A stretch of 64,000 bases of DNA from an uncultured SAR86 cluster bacterium (GTDB lineage: Bacteria > Pseudomonadota > Gammaproteobacteria > Magnimaribacterales > D2472): positions 87,228 to 151,227 of the forward strand of contig CALSQM010000003.1 of NCBI GenBank assembly GCA_943788515.1, given 5' to 3'. This document shows, piece after piece, positions 1 to 9,023 of this stretch (positions are counted from its first letter, which is position 1; each line of letters opens with the position of its first letter). The notes below the pieces were generated by a model. It saw only the letters and a list, made by a program, of their open reading frames with translations, searched no databases and was not told the DNA's origin. The position numbers and the translations under genes were made by a program.

Positions 1-1
1 A

Positions 2-661
2 GATCACCTTGGTGATATGGACTTTAAAGTTGCTGGAACTGCTACAGGTATAACCGCTCTTCAAATGGATATAAAAATTCAAGGAATAACAGCTGATATC
101 ATGGAGTCTGCTTTAACGAAAGCAAAAACTGCTATCAATCATATTTTAGGAATAATGAATGAAGCTATATCAGCACCAAAAGAGTTATCTGAGAATGCTC
201 CAGCAATGAAAACTTTCATGGTTAATAAAGATAAAATTAAAGAAATCATTGGTAAAGGCGGAGCAGTCATAAAAGGCATGCAAGAAAAAACTGGTGCTAC
301 TGTAGATGTTAGTGATGATGGAACTGTATCTGTTTTTGGACAAAATCAAACATCAATGCAAGAATGCTTAGAAATTATTGAAGGCATCTTAGAAGAGCCT
401 GAATTAGATAAAGTTTATAAAGGAACAGTGGTTAAGATCGTAGACTTTGGTGCATTTGTAAATATTTTGCCAGGTAAAGATGGTTTACTTCATATATCTG
501 AGATTGCACATGAAAGAACAGAAGATGTAAGTAAGGTTCTTTCAGAAGGCCAAGAAATAGATGTAAAACTTATCGGTTTTGATAGAGGTAAAATGAAATT
601 ATCTGTGAAAGCTTTAGCTCCTAAAGAAGATTCTTTAGAGGAAGATAAAGAGGAAGAATAG
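2..661 (+). CDS. pnp: Polyribonucleotide nucleotidyltransferase (PNPase), 3' part; 5'-truncated by the window edge
   Basis: DHLGDMDFKVAGT catalytic motif, KH domain (IIGKGG) and S1 domain (DFGAFV...DGLLHISEI). Confidence 0.98.
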   Translation, partial: DHLGDMDFKVAGTATGITALQMDIKIQGITADIMESALTKAKTAINHILGIMNEAISAPKELSENAPAMKTFMVNKDKIKEIIGKGGAVIKGMQEKTGATVDVSDDGTVSVFGQNQTSMQECLEIIEGILEEPELDKVYKGTVVKIVDFGAFVNILPGKDGLLHISEIAHERTEDVSKVLSEGQEIDVKLIGFDRGKMKLSVKALAPKEDSLEEDKEEE

Positions 662-684
662 TAGATTACTTACTATAGATATAT

Positions 685-721
685 AAAAAACCTAAAAAGT
701 CAAATTTTTGGGTTTTTTTTT
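685..721 (+). terminator. Probable intrinsic terminator of pnp
   Basis: AAAAAACCTAAAAA-gtcaaa-TTTTTGGGTTTTTTTTT hairpin with a U-tract, about 25 nt after the stop. Confidence 0.7.
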
Positions 722-804
722 GTTCACCCAATTTGATAGTTATTAGTATTTGTGTTCACATGGATAGTGCAATCACATAAAAAACCTAATAGGGGGGTAA
801 TATT

Positions 805-1023
805 ATGAATGCATTAGATACGATAAAAACTATAATCGGACAATTAACAGGTCTACTTGTTGCTACAGTTGGACTTGGTGTTGTTGCTGGAATAGTATTT
901 GGAGGAGACGCTTGGTTTGTTGGCGGTGTTTTAGAATCACTTCTAGACGCAGTCAAACTCCTAGGTGACAATGGTTTAGTAGGGCTTTTAGTTGCTGCTA
1001 TGCTTATTGGTCTTCTTAAGTAG
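805..1023 (+). CDS. Small Gly-rich hydrophobic membrane protein of unknown function (72 aa), paralog A
   Basis: Strong SD (AGGGGGGT) upstream; two hydrophobic segments; ungapped similarity to the next ORF. Confidence 0.9.
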   Translation: MNALDTIKTIIGQLTGLLVATVGLGVVAGIVFGGDAWFVGGVLESLLDAVKLLGDNGLVGLLVAAMLIGLLK

Positions 1024-1035
1024 TATTTAGAACTC

Positions 1036-1066
1036 TATTGAAAAGGGTCTAAGACCCTTTTCAATA
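1036..1066. terminator. Perfect 15-bp inverted repeat; terminator or mRNA-stabilising hairpin
   Basis: TATTGAAAAGGGTCT-A-AGACCCTTTTCAATA. Confidence 0.75.
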
Positions 1067-1075
1067 CTTAAAAAT

Positions 1076-1297
1076 ATGGATATATTCAATAAAATTATCG
1101 ACTTTCTTAATGAAGTAACTAGGTTATTAATACCAATAGTTGCAGTGTTTTTACTTCTTGGAATTATTTTTGGACCTGACACCACTTTTGTGGGGGATGT
1201 CTATAAAAACATCGCTGAGATTTTAAATACTATTGGGGAAGATGCAATCTTAGGATTAATCTCGATAGTTATCATTCTAGCCTACCTAAAAAAATAA
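1076..1297 (+). CDS. Small hydrophobic membrane protein of unknown function (73 aa), paralog B
   Basis: Shares GI.FG.D..FVG.V and G.....GL motifs in register with 805..1023. Confidence 0.88.
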   Translation: MDIFNKIIDFLNEVTRLLIPIVAVFLLLGIIFGPDTTFVGDVYKNIAEILNTIGEDAILGLISIVIILAYLKK

Positions 1298-1331
1298 CAG
1301 GATCCTTTGAGCTAACTTCGATAAGACTTAA

Positions 1332-1408
1332 TGGTGGCTATGGGTGGAATTGAACCACCGACCCCAGCGTTATGAGTGCTGTGCTCTAACCATCTGAGCT
1401 ACATAGCC
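1332..1408 (-). tRNA. tRNA-Met (CAT), elongator type, CCA encoded
   Basis: Reverse complement GGCTATGTAGCTCAGATGGTTAGAGCACAGCACT-CAT-AACGCTGGGGTCGGTGGTTCAATTCCACCCATAGCCACCA; G1-C72 pair. Confidence 0.95.
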
Positions 1409-1417
1409 AATCGTAGA

Positions 1418-1445
1418 ATGATAAGTCCTAAAATCTAAGAGTCAA
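1418..1445 (-). promoter_or_regulatory. Sigma70 promoter for tRNA-Met
   Basis: TTGACT-16 nt-TATCAT on the minus strand just upstream of the tRNA. Confidence 0.65.
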
Positions 1446-1464
1446 TATCTTTTTGAATTAACTT

Positions 1465-2553
1465 TTAGACGTTAAATTTAAAGTGAACAACATCTCCGTC
1501 TTTTACAATATATTCTTTGCCTTCTAGCCTTAGTTTTCCATTTTCCTTGGCACCAGATTCTCCATTACATGAAATGTAATCGTCAAAGCCTATAACCACT
1601 GCTTTTATAAAACCTCTTTCAAAATCTGTATGTATTACTCCAGCAGCATTTGGTGCCGTTGCATTGCTTTTAATTGTCCAAGCTCTTATTTCCTGAGGTC
1701 CGGCTGTAAAGTAGGTTTGAAGACCCAATATTGCGTAACCTTTAAAAATTATTTTATTAAGAACAGGCTCATCCATTTCCATAAGCTCTAAATACTCTTC
1801 TCTTTCCTCATCTTCAAGTAGCGCTATTTCCTGTTCTATTTTTATACATGTAGGAATAACTATGCAGCCAGATTTTTTTGCAAATTCTAACAATTCATTT
1901 AGTTTTTTTTCAGATTTTGAATCATCCGATATATTGGCTATATAGAAAGTAGGCTTTGAACTTAATAATTGGAAGTTTTTAATAATCTTTTGCTCCTCAT
2001 CATTAAAATCTTCAAGATTTATTAATTTTCCCGAATCAAGATTGTCTTTAATTTTGTTAAGTAGGTCGTATTCAATCTTATTATCTTTATCATTTGTCTT
2101 TATTAACTTCTCACACTTTACCAAACGTTTTGAAACAGTTTCGAGATCAGCAAGGATAAGTTCAAGGTTTATTATTTCAGCATCTCTAACAGGATCTATA
2201 GAACCATCAACATGTGTTACGTTATCATCATCAAAACACCTTACAACGTGCGCTAAGGCATTCATTTCTCTAATATTAGATAAAAATGCATTGCCAAGCC
2301 CTTCCCCTTGAGAGGCTCCCTGAACCAAACCTGCTATATCTACAAGATCAAGGCTTGCTGGAATAATTTTTTTTGTGCTCACTATTTTATTAAGCTCAAT
2401 GAGCCTTGGGTCGGGAAGAGGTACCTTGCCAACATTAGGTTCTATAGTACAAAAAGGAAAATTCTCTGCTGGTATTGAAGATTTTGTTAAAGCATTAAAT
2501 AGTGTCGATTTCCCAACATTTGGAAGTCCTACTATTCCACATTTAAAGCCCAT
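1465..2553 (-). CDS. ychF: Redox-regulated ribosome-binding ATPase YchF
   Basis: [28 protein letters not shown]-terminal TGS domain. Confidence 0.98.
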   Translation of the reverse strand: MGFKCGIVGLPNVGKSTLFNALTKSSIPAENFPFCTIEPNVGKVPLPDPRLIELNKIVSTKKIIPASLDLVDIAGLVQGASQGEGLGNAFLSNIREMNALAHVVRCFDDDNVTHVDGSIDPVRDAEIINLELILADLETVSKRLVKCEKLIKTNDKDNKIEYDLLNKIKDNLDSGKLINLEDFNDEEQKIIKNFQLLSSKPTFYIANISDDSKSEKKLNELLEFAKKSGCIVIPTCIKIEQEIALLEDEEREEYLELMEMDEPVLNKIIFKGYAILGLQTYFTAGPQEIRAWTIKSNATAPNAAGVIHTDFERGFIKAVVIGFDDYISCNGESGAKENGKLRLEGKEYIVKDGDVVHFKFNV

Positions 2554-2555
2554 GA

Positions 2556-3122
2556 TTATTTTGTATGGAGAGATTTCTGAGCTTCAGAAAGTTCATCATT
2601 AAAGATTAAATCTAAAACAGAGACAAATTTATCATATGCCATATCTACATATTTTTTGTCAGTCGGGTGAAATTTATTTAAAACCCAACTTGAAACCATA
2701 TCCTTGTTTCCTGGATGACCAACACCAATTCTCAGTCTAAGGAATTTTCTTGAGCCAACTTTCTCAAAAATATCTCTCAACCCGTTATGACCGCCATGGC
2801 CGCCATCTTCTTTGAGTCTTACTTCTCCAGGATTTAGGTCTAGATCATCATGAAATATAATCATCTTATCTTCTTTAATATTCATATTTTTCATTAATTT
2901 CAGAACAGTTTTGCCACTATTATTAACATAATTATCAGGGATAACCCATAAGATTTCATCAGAGTGGGATGTGGAAATTTCAGCTTGAAATTTTTCTTTG
3001 TAAGAAAAACTACTGCAGTGATTTGCACTTGCAGCTAACAACCAATCTTTTCCAATATTGTGTCGAGTATTGTTATATTTTGATCCAGGGTTTCCCAGAC
3101 CAACTAAACAAAGCTTAGGCAC
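2556..3122 (-). CDS. pth: Peptidyl-tRNA hydrolase
   Basis: [32 protein letters not shown]. Confidence 0.98.
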   Translation of the reverse strand: MPKLCLVGLGNPGSKYNNTRHNIGKDWLLAASANHCSSFSYKEKFQAEISTSHSDEILWVIPDNYVNNSGKTVLKLMKNMNIKEDKMIIFHDDLDLNPGEVRLKEDGGHGGHNGLRDIFEKVGSRKFLRLRIGVGHPGNKDMVSSWVLNKFHPTDKKYVDMAYDKFVSVLDLIFNDELSEAQKSLHTK

Positions 3123-3125
3123 TTT

Positions 3126-3824
3126 TTAGCTCTCTTCAGATCCTTCATTATCAGCATCATTTTCATCAGATGCCTCAGTGCTTTCAGTTTCATCTGAACC
3201 TTCACTATCTTCGTCACCTTCAATAACTTCAGGCTCTTCTTCAACAGCTTTTGGAGCATTAACAGAAATAACCATTTGATCTGTCTCCTCTGTAAGTCCG
3301 GGTATTTCAGCACCGTCAGGAAGGCTTATCTCTGTAAGTCTAACTGATTGGCCAAGATCAAGGTCTGTGACATCTACATCTATAGATTCTGGGATATTTC
3401 CAGCCAAACACATAACTTCAATTTCTCTTATTGTTTTATTAAGAACCCCGCCTTCGTTTTTAACACCTGAGCATTCTTCTTCATTTAAGAAGTTAATAGG
3501 TATTATCACTTTAAGTTGAGTTTTTCTTGAAACTCTCAAAAAATCTGCATGTAAAAGTTTACCTTTAGCTGGGTCTTTTTGTAACTCTTTTAAAACAACT
3601 TTCTCTTCAAGATCACCATTTTTAATAATTAAAACCTGTGTATAGAAAAGTTCATTTTGTGATGCTTTGGTAAGTTCATTAAGCCTTAATTTGATATTAA
3701 GTGAATCCTTCTCGTCACCATAAATAATTGCAGGTATCATCCCATCAACTTTTCTAATTACTCTAGCTTTGTTAGATCCAGTTCTTTCTCTGGAGTCTGC
3801 ATTTAAAATTATTTGTTCACTCAT
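3126..3824 (-). CDS. rplY: 50S ribosomal protein L25, long CTC-type with acidic tail
   Basis: IPAIIYG, HADF, GVK.EGG; located in the prs-rplY-pth-ychF operon. Confidence 0.96.
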   Translation of the reverse strand: MSEQIILNADSRERTGSNKARVIRKVDGMIPAIIYGDEKDSLNIKLRLNELTKASQNELFYTQVLIIKNGDLEEKVVLKELQKDPAKGKLLHADFLRVSRKTQLKVIIPINFLNEEECSGVKNEGGVLNKTIREIEVMCLAGNIPESIDVDVTDLDLGQSVRLTEISLPDGAEIPGLTEETDQMVISVNAPKAVEEEPEVIEGDEDSEGSDETESTEASDENDADNEGSEES

Positions 3825-3836
3825 AATATCCTCTTG

Positions 3837-4790
3837 TTATATAAACATTTCACTAAGAGATTCTTCATTGCTTAATCTCTTGATACATTCCGCAATTGTT
3901 GCTGCTAATGAAATGACGCGTATTTTACTGCATTTTTTGCCTTCATGTGACAAAGGAATTGAATTAGTTACAACTAACTCATCAATTTCAGAGTTATTTA
4001 GTCTCTCAATAGCAGGGCCTGATAATACAGGATGGGTAATATATGCTTTTACAGCAGCTGCACCTTGATCTTTGAGCGCCTTGGCTGCATTACATAAAGT
4101 ACCTGCTGTATCTATAATGTCATCCGGAACAATACAAACCTTACCTTTGATATCACCAATAATATTCATAACTTCAGAATGATTTGCAGCATCTCTTCTC
4201 TTATCAATAATTGCAAGATCTGCGTCATTTAGCTGTTTGGCCAATGCCCTTGATCTTACTACTCCACCAACATCTGGAGACACAACCACAATATTATTAT
4301 CTGGATTAGACGTTTTAATATCATCGACCATAAGTTTAGTTGCATAAACATTATCTGCTGGCATATCAAAGAAACCTTGAATAGTTTCTGAATGGAGATC
4401 AACTGTAAGGACTCTATCAATACCAACCGAATGGAACATATCTGCAACAACTTTAGCACTAATAGGTACTCTAGCAGACCTAACTCTTCTATCCTGTCTG
4501 GCATACCCATAATATGGAACTATTGCAGTTATTCTTGCTGCTGAAGATCTTTTTAAAGCATCTGCAAGAAGCATTAATTCCATTAAATTCTTATTTGAAG
4601 GCGCACAAGTTGATTGCAGTATAAAAGTATCATGACCTCTAACATTGCCTTTGATTTGCACTTTGATTTCGCCATCAGAGAAGTAACCAACATCTGCTTC
4701 TGATATTTTTTTTCCTAAAATTCCTGAAACCTCATTAGCTAGGTCAGGATTGGCAGTTCCTGTGAAGATATCTATTACTTGTTTACTCAT
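3837..4790 (-). CDS. prs: Ribose-phosphate pyrophosphokinase
   Basis: [32 protein letters not shown]. Confidence 0.98.
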   Translation of the reverse strand: MSKQVIDIFTGTANPDLANEVSGILGKKISEADVGYFSDGEIKVQIKGNVRGHDTFILQSTCAPSNKNLMELMLLADALKRSSAARITAIVPYYGYARQDRRVRSARVPISAKVVADMFHSVGIDRVLTVDLHSETIQGFFDMPADNVYATKLMVDDIKTSNPDNNIVVVSPDVGGVVRSRALAKQLNDADLAIIDKRRDAANHSEVMNIIGDIKGKVCIVPDDIIDTAGTLCNAAKALKDQGAAAVKAYITHPVLSGPAIERLNNSEIDELVVTNSIPLSHEGKKCSKIRVISLAATIAECIKRLSNEESLSEMFI

Positions 4791-4808
4791 TTTTAATTAC
4801 TCAATAAA

Positions 4809-4883
4809 TGGCTGGGGTGGGAGGATTCGAACCTCCGCATGACTGGATCAAAACCAGTTGCCTTACCGCTTGGCTACACCCCA
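4809..4883 (-). tRNA. tRNA-Gln (TTG), CCA encoded
   Basis: Reverse complement TGGGGTGTAGCCAAGCGGTAAGGCAACTGGTT-TTG-ATCCAGTCATGCGGAGGTTCGAATCCTCCCACCCCAGCCA; usual ispE-tRNA-Gln-prs position. Confidence 0.96.
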
Positions 4884-5695
4884 TTGCTATCCAAATTGTT
4901 TAGAGGCGAATATTGTAATGGTTTAGCTAAAAAGAATCTCCAATTAGAGGGAATTATTTTAAGAATTTTTTGTTTTTCAGAATTATTATTGTATTTTATA
5001 AACATAGAAGAGCCTGTTCCTGAAAGGCAGATTTCAAATTTTTTAGCATATTGCTCATAAAATCTTTTAATCTCCTCATTTTTTTCTATAAAAACTTTCC
5101 AAAATGAATTTTGTTGGCTAAACAACTCACTAGGTTCTTCTTGAGTGTCATAGAGATTAAACATCTCCTTGGTTGAGTTAAAAATATCTGGGCTAATAAT
5201 AATTAGTTTTTCATCAATAGGTTTTTTTTCAACAAGCCTCTCACCTACTCCGCCTGCATAGGCATTCTTCCCTTTAATAAACAATGGAACATCAGCTCCG
5301 AGATCTAGGCCGATTAGCATCATTTCATTTAGACTAAGGCGTAAATCCCACATTCTATTAAGAGCGCATATCGTACTCGCAGCATTTGAGCTACCTCCGC
5401 CCAAACCTGCTCCAATTGGAATATTTTTTGTAATTTTAATATCAATGCCAACATTTTTATCGGCAACTTTCTTTAATGTACTAGCTGCTTTAAAAATGAT
5501 ATTTTCTTCTGCATCAATACTGGCATCTGTACAAGATACATTAATTTTATTATAGGTATTTTGAAATTCAATTATATCAAATAAATCAATTAGTTGAAAA
5601 GCAGTATCTAGTTCATGGTAGCCATTAGGCAGCTTTTTAACTACTTTTAAAAAAAGGTTTATTTTTGCAGGAGATTTTATGATCAGATTTTTCAT
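4874..5695 (-). CDS. ispE: 4-diphosphocytidyl-2-C-methyl-D-erythritol kinase
   Basis: PAKINLFL, GYHEL, IPIGAGLGGGSSNAA (GHMP kinase), LGADVP, LSGTGS. Confidence 0.97.
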   Translation of the reverse strand: MKNLIIKSPAKINLFLKVVKKLPNGYHELDTAFQLIDLFDIIEFQNTYNKINVSCTDASIDAEENIIFKAASTLKKVADKNVGIDIKITKNIPIGAGLGGGSSNAASTICALNRMWDLRLSLNEMMLIGLDLGADVPLFIKGKNAYAGGVGERLVEKKPIDEKLIIISPDIFNSTKEMFNLYDTQEEPSELFSQQNSFWKVFIEKNEEIKRFYEQYAKKFEICLSGTGSSMFIKYNNNSEKQKILKIIPSNWRFFLAKPLQYSPLNNLDSNGV

Positions 5696-5857
5696 TAAGA
5701 CTATTTATCTTTGTTTTTAACATTATAAGAGCATAAAAGATTCTTGATAATCTTTAAATTCTTTATCTAGTACACAATCACAAAAAATCATCCACAAGCC
5801 TGTATAATGTAGATTCTATTAAATTTAAATTATCTATTACATTAAATTATTTTAACT

Positions 5858-7090
5858 ATGGAACTTCAGCTATTTGGCATCAACCATAAAACATCAGATG
5901 TATCTGAGAGAGAAAAATTTATAATAAATGATTTAAATCAAGAATACTTAAATAAGCATCTTAAAAAAAAATTTGGAGATAAGTTAGAATCTTTTTTTGG
6001 CCTATCTACCTGCAATAGGACTGAAATTTATTTAACTGGTGAGAAGGGTATTGCAAAGCATATCTTGAATGAAAGTAAACTTTTCTTAGAAACTGAAGGA
6101 ATCCCTGACAGTAGCTTTTATTTTTTGAGCAAGCAAGATGCAATGGTTCACATGTCAAAGGTTGCTTCTGGCATAGATTCACAAATCTTAGGTGAGCAAG
6201 AGATTCTTGGTCAATTTAAAAATGCAATGCAGCTCGCTTCAGATTCAGGAATTTTAAAAGGAAAACTCCTTGCGTATTCTCAAAAAGTATTAAAAATAGT
6301 TAAGAACGTAAGAACTAATACCCAAATTGGGCTCAACCCTTTGTCTGTAAGTGGTTTGTCACTAAAATTAGTAAAAAGTATTTTTGAGAAACCAGAGGAA
6401 CAGAATGTTTTAATTCTTGGGGCGGGATCTCTTGCCCAGGCAGTTATTGAAAATCTCAATAAGAAAGGAATAAACAAGATTAAAGCTGTAAACAGAAGTA
6501 TCAAAACAATGGATATTTCAGATAATTTTAAGATTACTTCTTCCAAACTAGACAAGCTTCATAAGCATCTTGAGGATGCTGATATCGTTATTGCTTCTGC
6601 AACCACTGATATTCCACTTATCGGTAAAGGTGCTGTAGAGAATGCGCTTAGAATTAGACGAAATAAACCAATACTCTTAATAGATTTATCTGTTCCAAGA
6701 AATATAGAAGAAGAAATTAAAAATATTGAGCAGGTTTATCTTTTTTCAATTGATGATATTGAGAGAATTACGCAAGATAATTTGGGTCAAAGAGAAATAG
6801 AAGCAGAAAAAGCATTAAGCATGATTGTTTTGGAGTCACAAAAAACAATTTTAGATTTAAAAGAAAAAAATCTTAAAGATAAAACCAAAAAGCAACTAGA
6901 GACATTTTTAAATAGTTTATCTACAAATGAATTAGAAAGATTCAAATCAGCCGAAGACCTTAAGCAAATGATTATGAATATAGCTGTAATAAAACTTGAA
7001 GAAAACCCAAATTTAACTATTCCTGATATTGAAAAAATTAAACCCCACATAATTGAATCTATGTTCAAAAGGTATATTGATAATGCATGA
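5858..7090 (+). CDS. hemA: Glutamyl-tRNA reductase
   Basis: GINHKT, STCNRTE, GEQEILGQ, GAG, DLSVPRNIE. Confidence 0.97.
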   Translation: MELQLFGINHKTSDVSEREKFIINDLNQEYLNKHLKKKFGDKLESFFGLSTCNRTEIYLTGEKGIAKHILNESKLFLETEGIPDSSFYFLSKQDAMVHMSKVASGIDSQILGEQEILGQFKNAMQLASDSGILKGKLLAYSQKVLKIVKNVRTNTQIGLNPLSVSGLSLKLVKSIFEKPEEQNVLILGAGSLAQAVIENLNKKGINKIKAVNRSIKTMDISDNFKITSSKLDKLHKHLEDADIVIASATTDIPLIGKGAVENALRIRRNKPILLIDLSVPRNIEEEIKNIEQVYLFSIDDIERITQDNLGQREIEAEKALSMIVLESQKTILDLKEKNLKDKTKKQLETFLNSLSTNELERFKSAEDLKQMIMNIAVIKLEENPNLTIPDIEKIKPHIIESMFKRYIDNA

Positions 7091-8168
7091 TTCAATGGCT
7101 ATAAAGCTAGATAAACTTAAAAGTAGGTTGTCTGAAATAGAAACGCTTCTCATTGATTCAGAGACCGTGAAGGATATTGAAAAGTACACTTTGCTTAATA
7201 AAGAGTTTGCAGATTTAAAGCCTATTGTTGATAAATTTGAAGAGTACAACGAGGTTTCGGGTTTGATTAAAGATGCTAATGATATTTTAGAATCAGATGA
7301 TGAGGAATTGAAAAGCTTAGCTGAAGATGAGCTTAAGGAAGTTGCAGGAAAGCCCGAATCTCTTGAGCAAGAACTTAAGGTAATGCTCCTCCCTAAAGAT
7401 TCTGCTGATAACGGATCTGCTTTTTTAGAGATAAGAGCTGGTGCTGGTGGAGATGAGGCTGGTATTTTTGCTGGAGATCTTTTTAGGATGTATTCAAGGC
7501 TTGCAGAAAGAGAGGGGTGGAACCTTGACGTTATAGATATCAAGCAGGCAGAACAAGGTGGGCTTAAAGAAGTAGTAGCTCAGCTAGAAGGTAAGGGTGT
7601 TTTTAAGGTTTTAAAATTTGAGTCTGGTGTACATAGGGTGCAAAGAGTACCTGAAACAGAGTCTCAAGGAAGAATACATACATCTACTTGTACTGTAGCC
7701 ATATTGCCAGAAGTGGAGGAAGTGCAGGATATTGCGATAGATAAGAATGATCTTAGAGTAGATACTTTCAGGGCCTCAGGGGCAGGGGGTCAACATGTAA
7801 ATAAAACAGACTCTGCTGTAAGGCTAACTCATATTCCTTCAGGTCTTGTTGTTGAGTGCCAGGATGGAAGGTCACAACATAAAAATAAAGAAAAGGCACT
7901 ATCATTGCTTGCTTCCAAGTTAAAACAGCAAGAAATAGAAAGTCAGCAAGAAAGTATAGCCAGTGAGAGAAAAATTTTAGTTGGTACTGGTGACAGAAGT
8001 GAAAAGATCAGAACATATAATTTTCCTCAGGGGAGAATGACTGATCACAGAATCAAACTTACTCAACATAATTTAGATCAGATTATGGATGGAGACATTA
8101 AAAGTATATGCGATGCATTAATAGCAGAGAACCAATTAGCAATGCTATCCCAGCTAGAGTCAGAATAA
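7083..8168 (+). CDS. prfA: Peptide chain release factor 1 (start probably 7083)
   Basis: GGQ motif, PET stop-recognition loop, hemA-prfA-prmC order. Confidence 0.97.
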   Translation: MHDSMAIKLDKLKSRLSEIETLLIDSETVKDIEKYTLLNKEFADLKPIVDKFEEYNEVSGLIKDANDILESDDEELKSLAEDELKEVAGKPESLEQELKVMLLPKDSADNGSAFLEIRAGAGGDEAGIFAGDLFRMYSRLAEREGWNLDVIDIKQAEQGGLKEVVAQLEGKGVFKVLKFESGVHRVQRVPETESQGRIHTSTCTVAILPEVEEVQDIAIDKNDLRVDTFRASGAGGQHVNKTDSAVRLTHIPSGLVVECQDGRSQHKNKEKALSLLASKLKQQEIESQQESIASERKILVGTGDRSEKIRTYNFPQGRMTDHRIKLTQHNLDQIMDGDIKSICDALIAENQLAMLSQLESE

Positions 8169-8999
8169 TTGGCAAAGAACTTAAACTTTTTTAAAAATAA
8201 GATAAAAGAAGCTTGGCCAGACCAAGACGATATCTCAACAGAATTTATTTTTTATTTAAAAGAAAAGCTTTACCTGTCCGACGTTTCAATTTATGTAGAT
8301 AATTATTTATTGTCTAAAGATGAAGAAGATTCTATTAATAAATTCATTCTTTTAAAAAAAGAGGGAGTACCAATCGACTATATTCTTGAAAAGTCTTCTT
8401 TTTTTGGAAATAATTTTTTTGTCGATTCAAGAGTCCTCATTCCTAGGCCGGAAACAGAACTCATTGTTGATTTTATTAATAAATTAAATCTCCAAAGTAG
8501 CAAAATCGTTATTGATGCCGGAACAGGATCAGGCTGTATAGGTATATCCCTAGCCATTCAGAATCCTAATATAAAGGTTTATGGCCTAGATTTTTCAAAG
8601 GAGGCTTTAGTAGTAGCAAATAAAAATAAAAAGAGCTTGAAGGTAGAAAATTTCGTTACAGTTCATTCTAATTGGCTATCTAAAATTAAAAATGCTTCGT
8701 GTGATTTAATTGTTAGTAATCCTCCGTATATAAGCTCTGAAGATGAGCATTTGCAAGATTTAACTCATGAACCACTCGTGGCTTTGGCTGCCCTAAATAA
8801 TGGTTTGGCAGATTTTGAGACAATTTCCAGCCAAGCAACTTTGAAGTTAGTTAGAGGTGGCATGCTGGCTTTTGAGCATGGTTTCAACCAAAAGAGTCAA
8901 GTCTCAAAAATTATGAAAAAAAATGGGTTTAAGAATATAGAAACCTTAAAAGATCATCAGGGGCATCCAAGGGTAACAGTAGGCATCCTAGGAAATTGA
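8169..8999 (+). CDS. prmC: Release factor glutamine methyltransferase
   Basis: VLIPRPETE, DAGTGSGCI, SNPPY. Confidence 0.96.
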   Translation: MAKNLNFFKNKIKEAWPDQDDISTEFIFYLKEKLYLSDVSIYVDNYLLSKDEEDSINKFILLKKEGVPIDYILEKSSFFGNNFFVDSRVLIPRPETELIVDFINKLNLQSSKIVIDAGTGSGCIGISLAIQNPNIKVYGLDFSKEALVVANKNKKSLKVENFVTVHSNWLSKIKNASCDLIVSNPPYISSEDEHLQDLTHEPLVALAALNNGLADFETISSQATLKLVRGGMLAFEHGFNQKSQVSKIMKKNGFKNIETLKDHQGHPRVTVGILGN

Positions 9000-9023
9000 T
9001 ATTCTCTATCTTATAACCAATAT

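Noticed and set aside
761..780. Sigma-54 promoter upstream of small protein A (TGGATAGTGC)
   Set aside because: The GG and GC are not separated by the required 10 nt.
805..1297. Small proteins as ATP synthase subunit c, type IV pilin, or circular bacteriocin
   Set aside because: There is no conserved mid-helix Asp/Glu or RQP loop, no G|F...E prepilin site, no cationic character or leader, and no maturation, export or immunity genes nearby.
662..1408. Genomic island integrated at the tRNA-Met 3' end
   Set aside because: No integrase, and no duplicated tRNA 3' fragment is visible between pnp and the tRNA.
5788..5857. Replication origin (TCATCCACA and CCTGTATAA DnaA-box-like 9-mers beside an AT-rich stretch)
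   Set aside because: Only mismatched boxes are present and the second overlaps a -10 hexamer. There is no dnaA/gidA context, and the surrounding gene order is ordinary mid-replichore synteny.
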